Positions 22,679-40,689 of a stretch of 64,000 nt of DNA are shown in pieces. Position 1 is the first letter of the stretch; the number at the start of each line of letters is the position of its first letter. This stretch comes from Nemertoderma westbladi (Eukaryota; Animalia; Xenacoelomorpha). A program made the translations under genes and the position numbers. The notes under the pieces are model-generated. The model had not been told where the DNA came from. It did not search any database and worked only from the letters and a program-made list of their open reading frames with translations. The stretch is taken from assembly GCA_032718475.1 (NCBI GenBank), contig JAUCBJ010006397.1, positions 21,053 through 85,052 of the forward strand, given 5' to 3'.

Positions 22679-25610
22679 AGAAAATTTAATCGAAATCGTT
22701 AGAGCGGTTTTGGCTGGAGAACAGCCTGTCAGCCAAGAGCAACTCTCACAGTAAGTAACCTCTCGGTTAATAATAATATCAGTCTGACACTAAATTTCAA
22801 TTTCTGGACGAATTACACCACAATATTATGTTTACATAAATGATAAACCCATTATCACCCAAGCTACGAAGCGAAGCTACGGAGCTAAAAAAAATTACAA
22901 ACAAAATGGCATATAATGATTCCATTACAACTGGTAGAGGAATGCTGTATTCTCAATTCATGAATGATGACGCACATTCAATTTCTGCCAGATGTAGAAG
23001 TTAATCTGTATTGTTGGCAGGGCTGCCTTATATTAGTTTGCGTTGTCTTACATTATTTCATTGTATTAAACTTAACCTTATCCCCCGGACTATCTTATTG
23101 TATATTATAACTAAACTTCACATTCGTGTGCAGACAGTCGGCTTATACACTAGGGCCAAAATAAAAGGCTCGGCCTTGGGATTAACTCCGCCACAGTCCA
23201 AAACTCCAGGAATGTTGATAGATTGTTTGTTAGACTTTGTGGGAACGGGTATTCCATACCCTAAGTTAACTCGCGCTCTAGTAGACTACGTATAAGTATA
23301 CCGATAGAGTTGGGGGTCCTTAAATTCCATTGTTTATCACCTTGGAATATTGTCAACATAACAATAAAAGGGACCAATGGTATGTCCAACCGGGACACCC
23401 CCCCCCCCCCCCCCCCACTCATGTGTGCTATGGACTTCCAACTATTTAACGCAAGTTATAGAAATAAATTTGGCAGATTATTTGATTCAATATACTTCTT
23501 TAATTAGCTAATGTATGAGATAAATTAAGATTAGCAATCACAGAGGGGCTAAATAAATACACACAGGAGTAATTAGGTACCATATCATATCCGATTAAAT
23601 AAAACCTATAAACTAAGCATCAGATGTATTGAAAAGGTTTCGAAAGTAGCTCAAAGGGAAAATCTGTGTTTATAATAGAACCATCAGATCCACCCATGGC
23701 ACGGATGTTTGTTCCGACAAAAACAGCAACACTACACACAATATTATTATGATTTATATCGCAGCACTAATTGGTTGGACTACAACTAAACATTAGGTCC
23801 AGTCAGTCCATGGATGGATTCGGGGTTTAATACAACCACGTATTATAGAGAATAGGTTATACCAGCCAAACAAATAATGTTACTAAGTGAGACTAAACGT
23901 AAACAAACAAATATATGACAAAATTACGAATGAGTGCTTTAAACGAATCAAATCTACCTAAATTGGACAAAATCATAATAATAATAGTACAAAGGGGGTA
24001 TACTTTATGTAAATAAGACGTTAATATTTACACACCTTTGCAATTTAAAAAAATATCCTACAGTGCAATTGGGAACATTTAAAATAACAACACCACAACG
24101 TTGGCCGAAAAACCGTTGGCCGAAAAAACACCTTCACAAAAACAAGAAACAAATGAAAACCACCACAGCGTAAATACACCAGAACCGAGGTGCAATCTCG
24201 GGAGGCGAGTAAACAATAACACATCAACAACGAACGAGTTAGGAGTAGTTGGGTGTAGCATCAGTTACACATTACCTGTAAAAAAAAACTCGGTCCATTT
24301 AGGTACCCCAAACACATCAAAATTACTGATAAATTAAACTCAAATAAATAAAAACAAGTCGCTTATATAAATATATCCAAGTTATTCTTATTATATAAAA
24401 CCTACAATCAAATTTGTTGATTTGCAATGGGTTTATTGATCATATTATTAGTTATCATATCATACTAACTAACTAACTAACTGCATTTAATTTTTACAGT
24501 TAAAAAATATCAAAGGCGACACAATGCTGTAACACCAACGATGGGCGTTAATATTGGCAAAACATTGTCAGTCAAATTATATCAACTTTGTACTATGAGA
24601 TGTCTTGGGTTGGGAATGTTTGATACTAACATTAAATTACATTATAAATTAACAGGATTCCTTTAAGTGGGGCATCTAATTATTCATCCCCAATGTGTAA
24701 CACAATTTCAACCTACAGTGTACGATTGGCCCAAAATATACCAACATTGTTATACCACATGAGGCACCAACAGACAATGAACTGATATACCGGTATGTTT
24801 TTTATGCAATTATAAGTAACCGTCAAAGCGTGAATTAAATATTTAGTTAAATTTTAAATTGCCCGCTTTAAAAATAAAGGTTTAACTTCAAGGTTTAACA
24901 TTTTTTATAAAGTTTTTTTTGCAGTTTTCTGTTTTTTTTTCTCATAGATATAAACCAGACACCAAAGTCCGAAACTTACGTTACTAAATGTCCTGGAGGC
25001 ACTAGGCGGCGCATTCATCGTCACCAAGCAACACTAACAGTACAAACAATTGTTGAGAACATCTCAGTTATGACGTAAGTAGTTAACGTATTAACGATAT
25101 TAGCAGTGTTCTTCAAATATATTCCAACATAATAATGATATACACAAACACACTATTATAATCTATAATGCTTCATATATAATATATATAAATAATATCA
25201 AAGAAATACAACCCAATTTACCATATGTAATAGGGTATATATATTCCTATTGTATATTGAGAAATACATTTCAACATTTGCATTGTAAAAAAATTATAAA
25301 TTGTGGGAAGCATTAAATATAATATATATATATATATTTATGTTAGCAACCAACTGTGATGAGACGGACAGATAGACAGACAGAAAGCCGGACAAACTAG
25401 ACATAGAGCCCCAATGGATTCGTATGTGAGACCGCACTAAAACCAAAACACTAAATCTCACAAAATGGAAATATGGAATGTTACAATTCCAATTCCTGAA
25501 TCGAATATATGGAAAGTTCGTCGAGATGGCACAACTGAATATCAACCTATTTCCTATACTAGTACGGCTGGCCTGTTGCGTAGCAACGTAGGTACAATAA
25601 ACGGACATCA

Positions 25611-27500
<1,890 letters not shown>

Positions 27501-30500
27501 TTATACAATTAAATTATTTAAACATCTAACTATTAATCTACGAAAAATACAATCCAGACTAAAAACTACATAACCAATGGGGGGCAAATGCTCTTGTTCT
27601 GGATTGCAGATCATAAATATAAATATGTTTTTCCTTTTCTTATTATCCTTATTGTTGTGCATTACCCTTTCATGCAGAGATACAGTATGCGTTTTGGTGT
27701 GTAATTTTGAATACCGGTATTCCAATGTTGTTAATATTTAATTAATAAATTAATTGTATGCAATTTAACTATTAAGTTATATACGTTACATACTTGTGTC
27801 TTGTGTGTAAAGTAGCACATTACAGTGTGAAGATCCGAGTGGCTTTGTTACACGAACGAACGTTAGTGAGAAAGTTTACGTTCAACAATGGATGTACTAT
27901 TAGCCAGGGACAGGATACGATACGAAAATGGATTTATCGCAAAAATTTATACGTATTGAATTTCGTATCGTACCATAAAAATTAACTTCGTATCGTATAA
28001 TACGAATAAATATTTTTCGTATTTCGTATCGTATTTTCGTATTTATTATTTTGTAAATATTAATGTTTTCAACAGTCAAACCACATAATTTTTACATTTT
28101 TTTCCTCTAAATTGGGGCAAAATTAGGATGTATAGTATATAAACTATATATTTTGAATGGGAATTAAACTAATAATAATCATTTGATGCCAGCTGGACAA
28201 CAGTGGGATTATTGATGAGAATCATAGCATTATATACCTGCTGAAGTCACCGAATCATGTATACACTACCTATGGATGGTTTAGTGAAAAATGCAAGATA
28301 TCTGCCGGACTATACCTGTGCAGTCTAAATATGGTACGGTATTTTGAATTTGATATGTCACTAATGGTTTTCATTGGCATAATAGGCATTTGCGTTGCTA
28401 ACAATAATATATAAAAGGTGCATGGAATACATTTTAATATAGTAACACTCCAACCCCCTCCGCCCACTTTAAAACCCCTTGGGCCTTCTTGCGTCATGTA
28501 GGCTACATTAAATACCTCCACGCCGGTTGGCAGTCAGTACCCAACCCACCCATCTATGTAATTGGGTAATTCAAAAATTGTTGGCAATAACGAATTATTT
28601 AATTATTGATTATAAATATATTGCTAAGTCTATAAAGCTCGGGGTTGCTAGGGCAACGAATCGATGTTTGTTATTATGTTAACTCCCCACCCCCCCCCCC
28701 CCCCCCCCCATCCTCACCAAAGTCGGATACAGAAAGAAATATAAATTAATCCTTTGTATTCCACTAATCAACCTCCTAATCTATAATTCAAATGTAAATT
28801 CCGCTAGTTTATTCACATAAGTTATATACGTGTCCAGTCGTATATAGTGTGCATAGCACAAATATATAAGTGGTACCGGGAATGTTGTGAAATATTTAAT
28901 CGTGGAAATTATTATTTATATGTTCTTTAATTTTTGACTAGGAAAAGGATTACTTTTCCAATAATAGTGATGCTGATGTGAAGGACATAAACAACATAAA
29001 ACTTTCTTATTTCACTTTCAACAATCTTGTGTCGGAAAAATTGAATTGCTAATATTTATAAAACGGTTGTACCCCCCCCCCCCCCCCCCCCGCTCCACCC
29101 GTCTCGGCCAGTTAAATAAATTAACGTAGGAGGCAATGCCTACCATAACTGGCGGGAATTCACCACTTGTTCTTTCTTCACTAGTAACTGGGATTCCAGT
29201 GATTGCGACATGCGAATGCTCACAGCTCAAATTGTGTACGTGGTGGATTACCTGAAAACCTTAAGGGCGTAAAACCAAAGACACTATAGTGTCAACAGAC
29301 ACTAGTGAGATACCGCGGATTTTAGAGAATGTTCATTACAGTAACAACCCTTAGAAAGCAGTAAATTGCATGGGAATGAGACAACCATGGAAGTAAATAG
29401 TAAGTTAATTAAATAACAACAGGAGTGGCTGTCATCCAAGGGAACTGGTTGTTAGCCATCTGAGATCCATGTGGTACAGTACGTGTACCGGTACAGGTAT
29501 AAAGGCAGGCCAAATTAAGGAAGAACTTAACTCAGTGAGTGATTGAACGTAACAATATACCTACATAACATATCAGCATCACTTAAACAAACTGGTTTAT
29601 TATTCTGCCATACATGGACCAGTGAGTAGTTGGTAAGCACCCACCCGGTCATACACCACTGCATAAGGACAGTAATTATAAATTCATAGAATGATATAAA
29701 TATAGTAATTGTAGAATTCGCAACACATGCGTCTCCCACACTGGGCGTGGGCGTGTTCGTCCAATATATACCAAGTGGTTGCAATATCTTCTAGATTTGC
29801 TGCATTAGTGGCACTTCCAGCGGTAAACTTCAGATATACAGCGACATATATTGGTGTTTTACTACTACTAGGATCGGCATTGATCATCATCATTGATCAA
29901 TCATTGATCAAGAAAACTTGCCACCTCCTTGCAGCATAAAGGAGGTGCCACCTGTAGCTGCATAGACCCTCTTACTAGGGCAAATCTGGTCCTGTAACTA
30001 GAACCCCCTTCGTTCTGGGATAAGGACGCCCTTGTTCCTGGATTAAGTACCCATATACTTGGCTGCAGGGGTATATGGCCTGGCCAGGAAGATGGTGATC
30101 TACCAATGGCTGGTCAGGAGTAGAGTGTTCTCATGTCCACTCTGAGTGCACTTCACTGCGACCTGCACCTGGCAGAAGGGGTACAGGGCATGACCCAGCA
30201 GATGAGCTGCACAGCCAATGGTGGGTCATGTGCGCCAGAGTAGGTATGGATGATGGGCCTCATATCTGACTCCACTGCGACACCCACCCTGTGGAATGGC
30301 AAACCAGGGTTTGGTATTTGCCCCGAGAGCTGACATGGTGTTTTGGGTAAATGAGTGGTTTAATATTATTATAAATTTTTGTTGGCTCAGCTTTGCAAAG
30401 TAGGCAATGACGTCATTGCCGAATTTGCAAACCTGTGCGGTGCCCAACAAAAGAAAAATAAATGTTACAGTGGCACGATATTCTAAGCAAAACAATAAAC

Positions 30501-31642
30501 GAAAGTCAATAGGACACGTTACAGTTTTATTTTTGGGAAAAAGCAGCGGTTATTTGCGTCGAATTTACCCTGGAGTGGAGAGGCTGTTAATATTAATTGC
30601 GCCCAAAGTCCCTATCTACAAGAGATATTTATTTACCACCACATTCCCAAACTGTTCTTTACGCAACGATAGTTTGCCACATTGAATAACAAAGATAAGG
30701 AAATTAGCTTCCGCAGTTTATTTCCTCCAACCAAAACCAAAATAAAGTGCATAAACCTTGAGGTCCAGTCTGCCGCAACGGCAGGGAGGTTACAAGTAAC
30801 TTGGGTGGTTGGTGTTGTAACTGTACAGAGAGTTAAGCAAAAACAACAAGTGAAGAATATAGTCGTCCCTCTGTGTTTAGTGAGTTTAATTGTTATGTTT
30901 TTATATTATTCAATCCATTGTATGAAAATGGTAGTTTTACACAATTTTGTGTAAATAGATGGTGAGTTTAAAAAAATTATATTAACGGAACTGAGGTAGC
31001 AATTTGGATTGCAGGGAGCAAATTAATATATATACCGTATTCTGCAAATTCGTTATAAAAATTGGATAATTAGAAAACCAAAATTTGAGACAGGGAATTT
31101 TCTAGCAAATCTCATAACGGCGAATTAATAACTCGTTTCAATGCTTAATTATCAATTAATGGAAAGGAGCAGGTTACAGTGGCATGATATTATAACCAAA
31201 ACAATAAAGGTACAATTTCACATTTGTATGAAATTAGTGTGTGTTCGTTTTTTTTCTACTATGTATGTAATATTGTGTCCCTCAAGGTTGATAATAAATA
31301 TTGGTTGCATGACCTATATTATATAGTTAATTTTTAAAAATATATTTTTTACTGTCAAATTATTAACAATATAATAAAAAACAATTTGAAACTTGAAAAA
31401 ATTTACCCGAGATTCCAGTACCGGTAGGCCTACCGTATATTTTTTTAATTTTGTTGTTTTAATTTTTTTTTATTATATTTTTAGAGTTATATTTTAGTAT
31501 GTATACAGTAATGTAATATAAGACACGCGGTACATTGGCTTGGGAAGCTGAATATATATCCGTAAAAATAATTCCGCAGTTTGCAGCGTTTGCCCAGGTC
31601 GCGAACATTGCGCAGCTATGGCCCATATTAGCCCATTTATTA

Positions 31643-32998
<1,356 letters not shown>

Positions 32999-33880
32999 CT
33001 AATCTACGGTTGCTGGGTTGGTTACGGTATACTACAGTAATATAGGTACTTATCTGCCTAATTAGCTTATTTATTTTTTATTAGGGCCTACTGACAGACT
33101 GAATTAATTAAGTTTTAATTAATCATTTTTAACAAAATACCAAATACCGTAGTGGCCTACGTGCTTACTGGCTTAGCTGCTGCCCTACTGTTCAGCTGTT
33201 GTAGTGTTGTTGTTTGTTGTACTGTCTCTGTGCCTCTGCAGCTCTGCCTGTACTGTCTGACTGTTTAATGTTTAATATAAAGGTGAAAGGTAAAGGAACC
33301 ATAGGCTGATAGGCCTACTGCCATAAGCTTATTGTACCTGTTCAGACTACTCAGCTACTGGATACTAAATACTACTAAATATATATATATATATAATTTA
33401 TTGACGACTTGGATTATATAAACAGTATCAATAATTAAATACTCATCACAAAATAAACCAAGGTTGTCCATATTTAAGCAATTAGAAAATAATCACGAAA
33501 TCACAAAATATTCTACAAATGCGGTATACACATAGAAGGAAGAGCTTTTAATACGTTACATAAATGATACAATTATTCTAGATCGACAAAGGACGGAACG
33601 ACTTATAAGAGGATAACTTTAATACCTTTAATACGGAACTAAAAACTATTCACCAATACGTTGTAATACTTTTTACTGAGAAAAACGGTAAATTCATAAA
33701 GGGAAACGTTTAGCAACCAAAAACACAACAATATAAGGTATAGATATAATTATTTATTTGCACAGATAAAAAAAAAATAAATTGAATATTCTACTTGACA
33801 TAGAGATTCTGAAATGTAGTACCAGTTAATCGGCCAAATAAAACAGGAAATACGAACCGATACCAAAGATCTGGGTGGGC

Positions 33881-34519
33881 TTAATTATTTTCTTCCGCCA
33901 ACAGTAGGATCAAGTGGACAGCCTCCATTACCTTGGCTTCATCCTTGTTGTTCATGAAATCGGAAATTGAACACCATGATAGGTTGGGATCTCGTGGGAT
34001 ACGACTACAAGTGGTTATCAGATGAGCTTCATCTTGTATCGACCCACAAGGGCAGATACGGCGATCAGGTGGGATCTTTTTCCAGCGACCTAATTCAACG
34101 GCTAGGCGGGTGGAGCCGAGCCTTAAGCGGGTCCAAGCGATGCGATCAGGTTCGTTAAACGTTTTGCGGGAAATGTAACAAATGTGAGGTGATAAATTGG
34201 GGTTATATAACTGGTATAATTTTTTCTTTGTTGAGTCGACCTCGGAGCGAACATTTAATTTTAGTTTTTCCATGGCATCCATCACAAAGTCTTTCTTTGA
34301 AGAAAGAATATATTCAACCTGGCCCGCCATAGGCGTTTGATGCAACATACATTGGTCTAGTACAGTAGTACCATCATCAGAGGTTTGTGAATCTCTTCAT
34401 GTTCGATCATGTTACACAAAAAGTCGTATTGCCGTTTCAATATAAGTGGTTTAGGTTCGGGAACATTGGATTCGATATGGAGAATTTGTCTACACACATT
34501 GGGGCGGACCCCCATTAAT
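33881..34519 (-). mobile_element. Non-LTR retrotransposon 3' fragment with CCHC-like tail
   Basis: LLMGVRP...E, YNPNL, TRLRLGSTRLAVELGRW...RICPCGSIQDEAHLITTC; same type as the 8167-9530 element. Confidence 0.8.
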
Positions 34520-36178
34520 AGAGGTAGAATAAAACGTCTGTCCTTATCTGATCTGATCTGATCTGATCTGACAGCATCTGATCCTATAACCAATCAGGAG
34601 AAAGAGATATAATATTTACCTAACTGTCTGTTAGGTAAATAGCCAATAGCTGAATAGGGGATCACGTTTCAGGTTGCCTGTTACGTATCAGTATCATCAT
34701 ATGAAGTAGCAGTACAGGCATATCGGTATGCATCTAAATGCACAAAGGCATGTTATTATATATTAAAAATGCGATATACAGTAGGATGAAGGATGGTGGG
34801 TATGAAAGTCGTAGATTTAGTCTGTTAGTTGGTGTTGAAATATTAAACTTTTATTAAAAACAATACAGCATTTGCTGCAATATTTTTCTCGTAAATCTTT
34901 CTTGTTAATAGTTATCATTATTAATAGTTAAAGTTAATTATATTAATTATAATTAATATTATTAATTAAGTACGGTAATGATTCTTATTAATATATTACA
35001 TTTAAAATATGTATGAAATTTAAGAAATTTATTAATTTTACTATTTATTAAAGAATAGGGGAAGGTGGATGGGAATGTGGGAATTTATAAACACTTATTA
35101 CCTTCCAATTGAAGGAAAAGAGCAGGTTACAGCGGCTGTAATTTCTAACCAAAACAATAAACGACGTTGTTACCTACAAATTGGGAAAGGAGCAGGTTAC
35201 CGAGACAGGGTTTTCTAACCAAAACAATAAACGATTTTGTTACCTACCAATTGAGGGAAAGTAGAATATGTTACCGCGGCGGCTTGTTTACACAGTTACA
35301 CCACCGGTCACCTTCTTACTAACCGTCCTACTGACTGATCAATAGATCATCCCCCTCAAAAAATAAAGGACATCGCGCACGCGCATAAAACACTTAATAA
35401 AGACAAATTTAATAAAAAATATCGACCGAAAAATGAAATCCTTGTATTCTTCACATGGGCGAAGAATACCAGACTTTCTGCCGTTTTATTTCACTTTGCA
35501 GTTACCCCTATGTGAAGAATACCAGGTTTTCACCAAAAACACAGGTTACACTGAATATAACCAAAACAATAAACGAATTAGTATATGTGCAGGTTATAAG
35601 ACATAAATAAGCTCTATAATACACTCAATAAAGATAAATTAAAAAAGAATTAAAACCTTCAAATATAAAATTCCAATAAAAGTCAACCGAAAAGTGAAAT
35701 CCTGGTATGCTTCACATGGGCGGTATTCTTCACATGGACCGACACCAAAATTTGGCACCAGCCGCTAAAAACAAATTTAAAATTTCTAGCTTATTTTATT
35801 TGAATTCCTTTTAGTTAGTTTCAGTTAGTATTTTAGTTAGTATCGTTAGTTTCAGAGCGGGAAGTATTATATTGACACCCCCCGGGTTTAAGGGGAATAC
35901 CGGGGAAACTTCACATGCTGACATAGGCAGAAAGTCCAGTACTCATTTAGCTACCATTTAAGGATGCAAGGCAGAGATGCCTCGCTAAACCCTTCAAAAC
36001 ATTCGTGCCGAAACGAAAACTACCTTGGCCCCATGCCGGGGTTGAACCCACAACCTCCGAGAGATGTGAATTCAATATAACCACTACACCAAGGTGCGCT
36101 CTGAACCAAGGTGGAACAAGTGTCAGATACCGTCAGATCAGATCAGATCAGATAAGGACAGACGTTTTAGCCATCCTA
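34520..36178. mobile_element. TIR element with (TCTGA)n subterminal repeats and 8-9 bp TSD, inserted into the LINE fragment
   Basis: TAAAACGTCTGTCCTTATCTGATCTGATCTG.. is inverted at both ends; TSD CCATTAAT(A) at 34512 and 36179. Confidence 0.7.
36026..36097 (-). pseudogene. Degenerate tRNA-like sequence or SINE head
   Basis: Minus strand GCACCTTGGTGTAGTGGTTA...GTGGGTTCAACCCC has A and B boxes; no intact anticodon stem. Confidence 0.45.
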
Positions 36179-36329
36179 CCATTAATAAGCATAGCATTAT
36201 AAAATTACATAGGCCTAAACGCAGAAACGATAGCTGGATACCCTAAAATATATAAACTGACAGACTGAGGCAGTGAGGCTAGGACATAGGAAGCTGAGTA
36301 CTGGTACTGCCCTAGCCCATTCTGCTAAG

Positions 36330-37040
36330 TAGGGCATGTACGCCGAACGCGTTCGGCGCACAATTTTTTCCAGAATTTGGAGCAGGCGCAGAAAATGAGA
36401 GCGCAGCGCAGCGCCGCGCAGAGAAAATTTAGAGCGCGGCGCGACAGGCGCAGGCGCAGAAAATTGATAGCACGGCTCAGACTTGCACTACAGCACTAAG
36501 TCAGTACCGGTAAGTAGACCTACCACTGGCAGTCTGCCGACTACCGGTAACAGGGTAATGACAATACAGATAAGACTGTAAGAAATACTGAAATAATAAG
36601 CCTCCTACTTGCTACTTGGTGTGCTTTAGGCCAGTACAGCAGTAGGCAGGCAGGTACATGGTAGGAGATTTCGCGCAGTATTTCTGCTGTGCGCGCCAAT
36701 GTGTAATGTCAATGCTGTAATGTCAATAATATAATAAAGCGTCCTACTTGGTGTGCTTAGGGCTTGCTTAGGCCAGTAGAGTAGGCAGGCGGGTAGGTCA
36801 TAGGTGGTTGGTGGTACGGTACAGTACCGGTACTACAGAGGTAGGAGAGGTAGGATATTTCGCGCAGTATTTCTGCTGTGCGCGCCAATCTCGCGCAGAA
36901 TTTCTGCTGCGCGCGCCAATCTCGCGCAGTTTTTCTGCTGCGCACGCGGATTTTGCACTGTTTTCGACTGCGCAGGCGCACATTTTTTTCTGCGCCGCGT
37001 CGCGTTCGGCGCACAAAAAAGTCACTTAGCATACGGGCCT
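36330..37040. repeat. GC-rich GCGCA-motif repeat with inverted subterminal arrays, probable DNA-transposon remnant
   Basis: GCGCAG..AAA motifs on the left, TTT..CTGCGC on the right; internal duplication of tttcgcgcagtatttctgctgtgcgcgccaat; no clean TSD. Confidence 0.5.
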
Positions 37041-38859
37041 AGCCCTTGGCAGCTTGGCTTGGTGATTCAGTGCTTGGCGTGCTTGGTATGGTACGCTGTC
37101 GGGCTGTACCCCTGTCTGCCTGTACCGGTACCTGATGCCGGAAATTAATTCAAGTAGGCCTACCTGCTACCTGTAGTACAGTAGTACGCAGTACACAGTG
37201 CGGTATGCAGTACCGGTACAGTAACAGTACGGCACAGCAGTAGTGTAGTAAGGTACGGCTGCACGGTACGCCTAAAATGTAAAAAAAGCGAAAGACTCAG
37301 CGTTTGTCAGTTTGTCCATTTGACTATCTGTCAGTCCTTGCTGCCTTGTATCGCAGTACGGCAGTACCACGCACCGGTAGGTTAACGGTACCGGTAGGGC
37401 ATAGGGCGTCGTCCACGTAGACGTACTAAAACCAACTAATAGGATATCAACGGGATTGATATGCCATAACCTTTACAATCACCTTCCTATTTAAGAAGTT
37501 ACTGGAAGGTTTGGGATTGCATCAGGGCCACTCCAAATAAACTAAAATGATTACCAACCAATCAATTCTTGTTAAATTTCTAACCATTCACGATATTCCA
37601 ACTCAACAACAATATCTTCTGCCAAATTTTAATGAATTGTGCAGCACACCCAAGCGGCTATAATTATTATTGACTTCTTCATATTTCATTAAAGATTATA
37701 TGAATTAGATGCTACATTATTATTATTTGGTAGATCGTACTGTAGGTAGGTCATTAAAATATTAGCTTAACAATAATAAGAAATAGTGAAATTTGATAAA
37801 AGGAAAATTTTATAAGGCTACCAATTAAAGTTTGCCCAAAAAACAAAAAAAAATTAGCAAAACACATACTTTTTCAACCAATTAATTTACTTGTTGACCA
37901 AAAAAAATCCATCTGAACTTAAAACGCAAATTACTGTTTGCCTTCAGATTGTTGGTTTAAAATGTCCGTAAATTACTAATTTTTTATAACCCTACGCAAT
38001 TGGGTTGGGAAATTTTTCTAGGTGATTATTTTTCATTTTCCATTAATATTTTGACTTCAGGGTTATTTTTTGTACTTACGGTGTTTGTACAACCTGTATG
38101 TAAATACATATTTCAAGACACATATTCCAATAAAACCGTATGTGCATTTTCTTATTATCTTTGCAAAACAAAGCCAAGACAAAACGCCTTAAGTCTTGTT
38201 GACTTACGGTTTTTTTGCATAAATTTAAGTGACTTACGGTTGTTTTCCTTTGTAACATATACATATGTTGTGACTTACGGCCTTTCTACATTGCATATCT
38301 CGAGAACTAGACTAGACACGGTCTTCTCGATTATACCATTAGATACAGCGCATTTTTTAGACCCAGAAAAGTGAATTTTGGAAAAATGCGACTTACGGTC
38401 TTTTTACATTGCACGGCAGAACTCCAAAACACACATTTACTAACACTGAAACACATAAAGCAAACAACAATAAATTAGTCAGATAGCCTACAGTACATGA
38501 TATTTATTTCCATAGATACGGCATTTTCTAACCAATCAATAACCGATGTTGTTACCAATATCGAATATAAAAATATAAATCAAAACATATAAAAATACTT
38601 TGGGACGAATATAAATAATTTGGTGCGAAAAGTACATATGTACAGTACATGTATGTAGGCCTAATCTGGGATAATGTGGGCTACCTAATCTGGGCTAGGC
38701 CTACCTTTAATTTCATGTAGGCCTATATTGCTTACAGAAAACATGAAATTTGGGGCGGAAAAAAATATATTTGGTGCGAAAAATATGTAATCTAAGAAAT
38801 AAATCATTTATAATAATTTTATAATAGTAATTTTGAAATATGAATTAAATCTTAACTCT

Positions 38860-39300
38860 CTCTGTTCATCTGTCTGTCAGAAATATTGAAGCATTCTAGC
38901 TAACTACAATTTTGTTGTGCGGATATTTCATTTCCGATGTCAGTTTTCATACTGGAACAGTTCTAGTCTGTATGTGTGTCTGTCTGTCTGTCAAAAATAA
39001 AGAAGCATATTAGCTGACTAAAAAATTTCATTTTGGGGTTCTTCTGATCTAGACTGAATTTATGTCGGTCTGTCTGTTTGTGCAACAGTCCGAGTGTCCG
39101 ATAGACATACAGACAAACAGTCTTGAATCCATCCATCTCCATGAAAACGGACATCAGAAATGTAATCAGCGACCCCCAGAAAAAGCCCCATAATTTCAAT
39201 CCGCCCAACCTCCCAAGAGTTAAGAATGATTGAATAATTTGACAGACAGTATGATAGACATACTGAATAAGACAGGACAGACGGACAGACCGGCAAAACA
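38860..39300. repeat. Dispersed repeat with CTGT-rich and (GC)TGATTTCATTTCCGATG modules, related to 53770-54640
   Basis: Shared ctgtctgtc and atttcatttccgatgtca motifs occur in both orientations. Confidence 0.5.
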
Positions 39301-40689
39301 TATAATTTTATCAAAACCTTTGTGTTCAATAAAAAGAAACATACCTAATGAACATATTTTGAACAAAATTAAGAAATTTTTTTTAAACGTTATTCTCCAT
39401 TTTCTCAAAATTAATTCAGGCCGGAGTTGTCTGGTTTCTATGCAGGCGCGGATCCACAATAGGGGCGCGTGGCGCCGCGCACCATAGATTTTTTGTGAAA
39501 GAAAATAAAAAGAGAAAGATAAAAGTATTTTTTTTTTAGATTTACTAGTTACGTAAAACTTACAAGGGCCGTCATCACTCGCTAAAACCAAGCGGAATCC
39601 ACATTCATTAACCACAACTTCAATCTCCATACCATACCCAAGATAAAATCGATGTAAACCTTCCCAAGGGCGTGCTCCATGTACTCGGGAAGGGGGTATC
39701 ACCTTGGCGTAATAGATCAGCCAGCTGTATGGCTTTATTGGCTGGCTATACGTATGGACTGTATGCACAGCCTTTGCTTTACCTGAACTGAAAGACCACC
39801 AACAACCTATGTAATGGTAAAGCATCAACCATGGGGCTATTTGTAAAGTATATTGCTGTTATATTAGGTGGTCGGGTCTATGCAAGCCAAACAATTATCT
39901 TTGTGAACTACTTGCTACTACTACTGGGAGGGAATTCTTTGAAGTTTACCGTGTCTTCAATGCACAAAGATTACATACAGCCAGGAGCGCAGGAGGATGA
40001 TTGGACAAGGGGCTTTACACCAAAATAGTGATGAAAATAAGTTATTCAATATATTATGGAAATGGAAGTGTGCTGCATGATATTCTAAAATTTTAAGTTT
40101 ATTATTTTAATTTTCTATTCTTATAAAAATGAAGCGCGCCCACGCACAGTTGTGGGCCAGGAACCGTGTTTTGTAGCCAAAATTCATTTTTTCGAAAAAT
40201 ATTCATAGTTTGGGCACTATTTTTCACCTATACGGGTTGTCGATAGAGATGAATCTTCTGAGATGGGTCTCAAATTCTCAAACGTTGCCTTTGTGCCAAA
40301 ATTTGCATATTTGGCAAACACAATAAACACAGACATAATGGCGCAGATTACGGTTCTACAAGGTTTAACAGGGCGCTGAAGCACTAACAAATGGTTTCAA
40401 ATTCTCTAGTAGCACAGAAATTCCACTTTTTAGCATGTGGCACATGGTACACGTGTTTAGCATGGCACAAAATATCAAAATCGCTAAAGCTTGATAGAAA
40501 TGTGCTACTTTCGTTTTTTATAGGTTTTCAAAGATGCTATTCGATTACAAATGGTTTCGAATTCTCTAGCGGCACAGAGGTGCCACTCTTTCGCCCGTGG
40601 CACATTCGTTTAGCATGGCACAAAATATCAAAAAAATTTGCTAAAGCTTTATAGAAATGTGCCATTTTCGGTATTTATAGGTTTTCAAA

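Noticed and set aside
36757-37148. Four overlapping ORFs
   Set aside because: They derive from the GC-rich GCGCA repeat; no recognisable protein.
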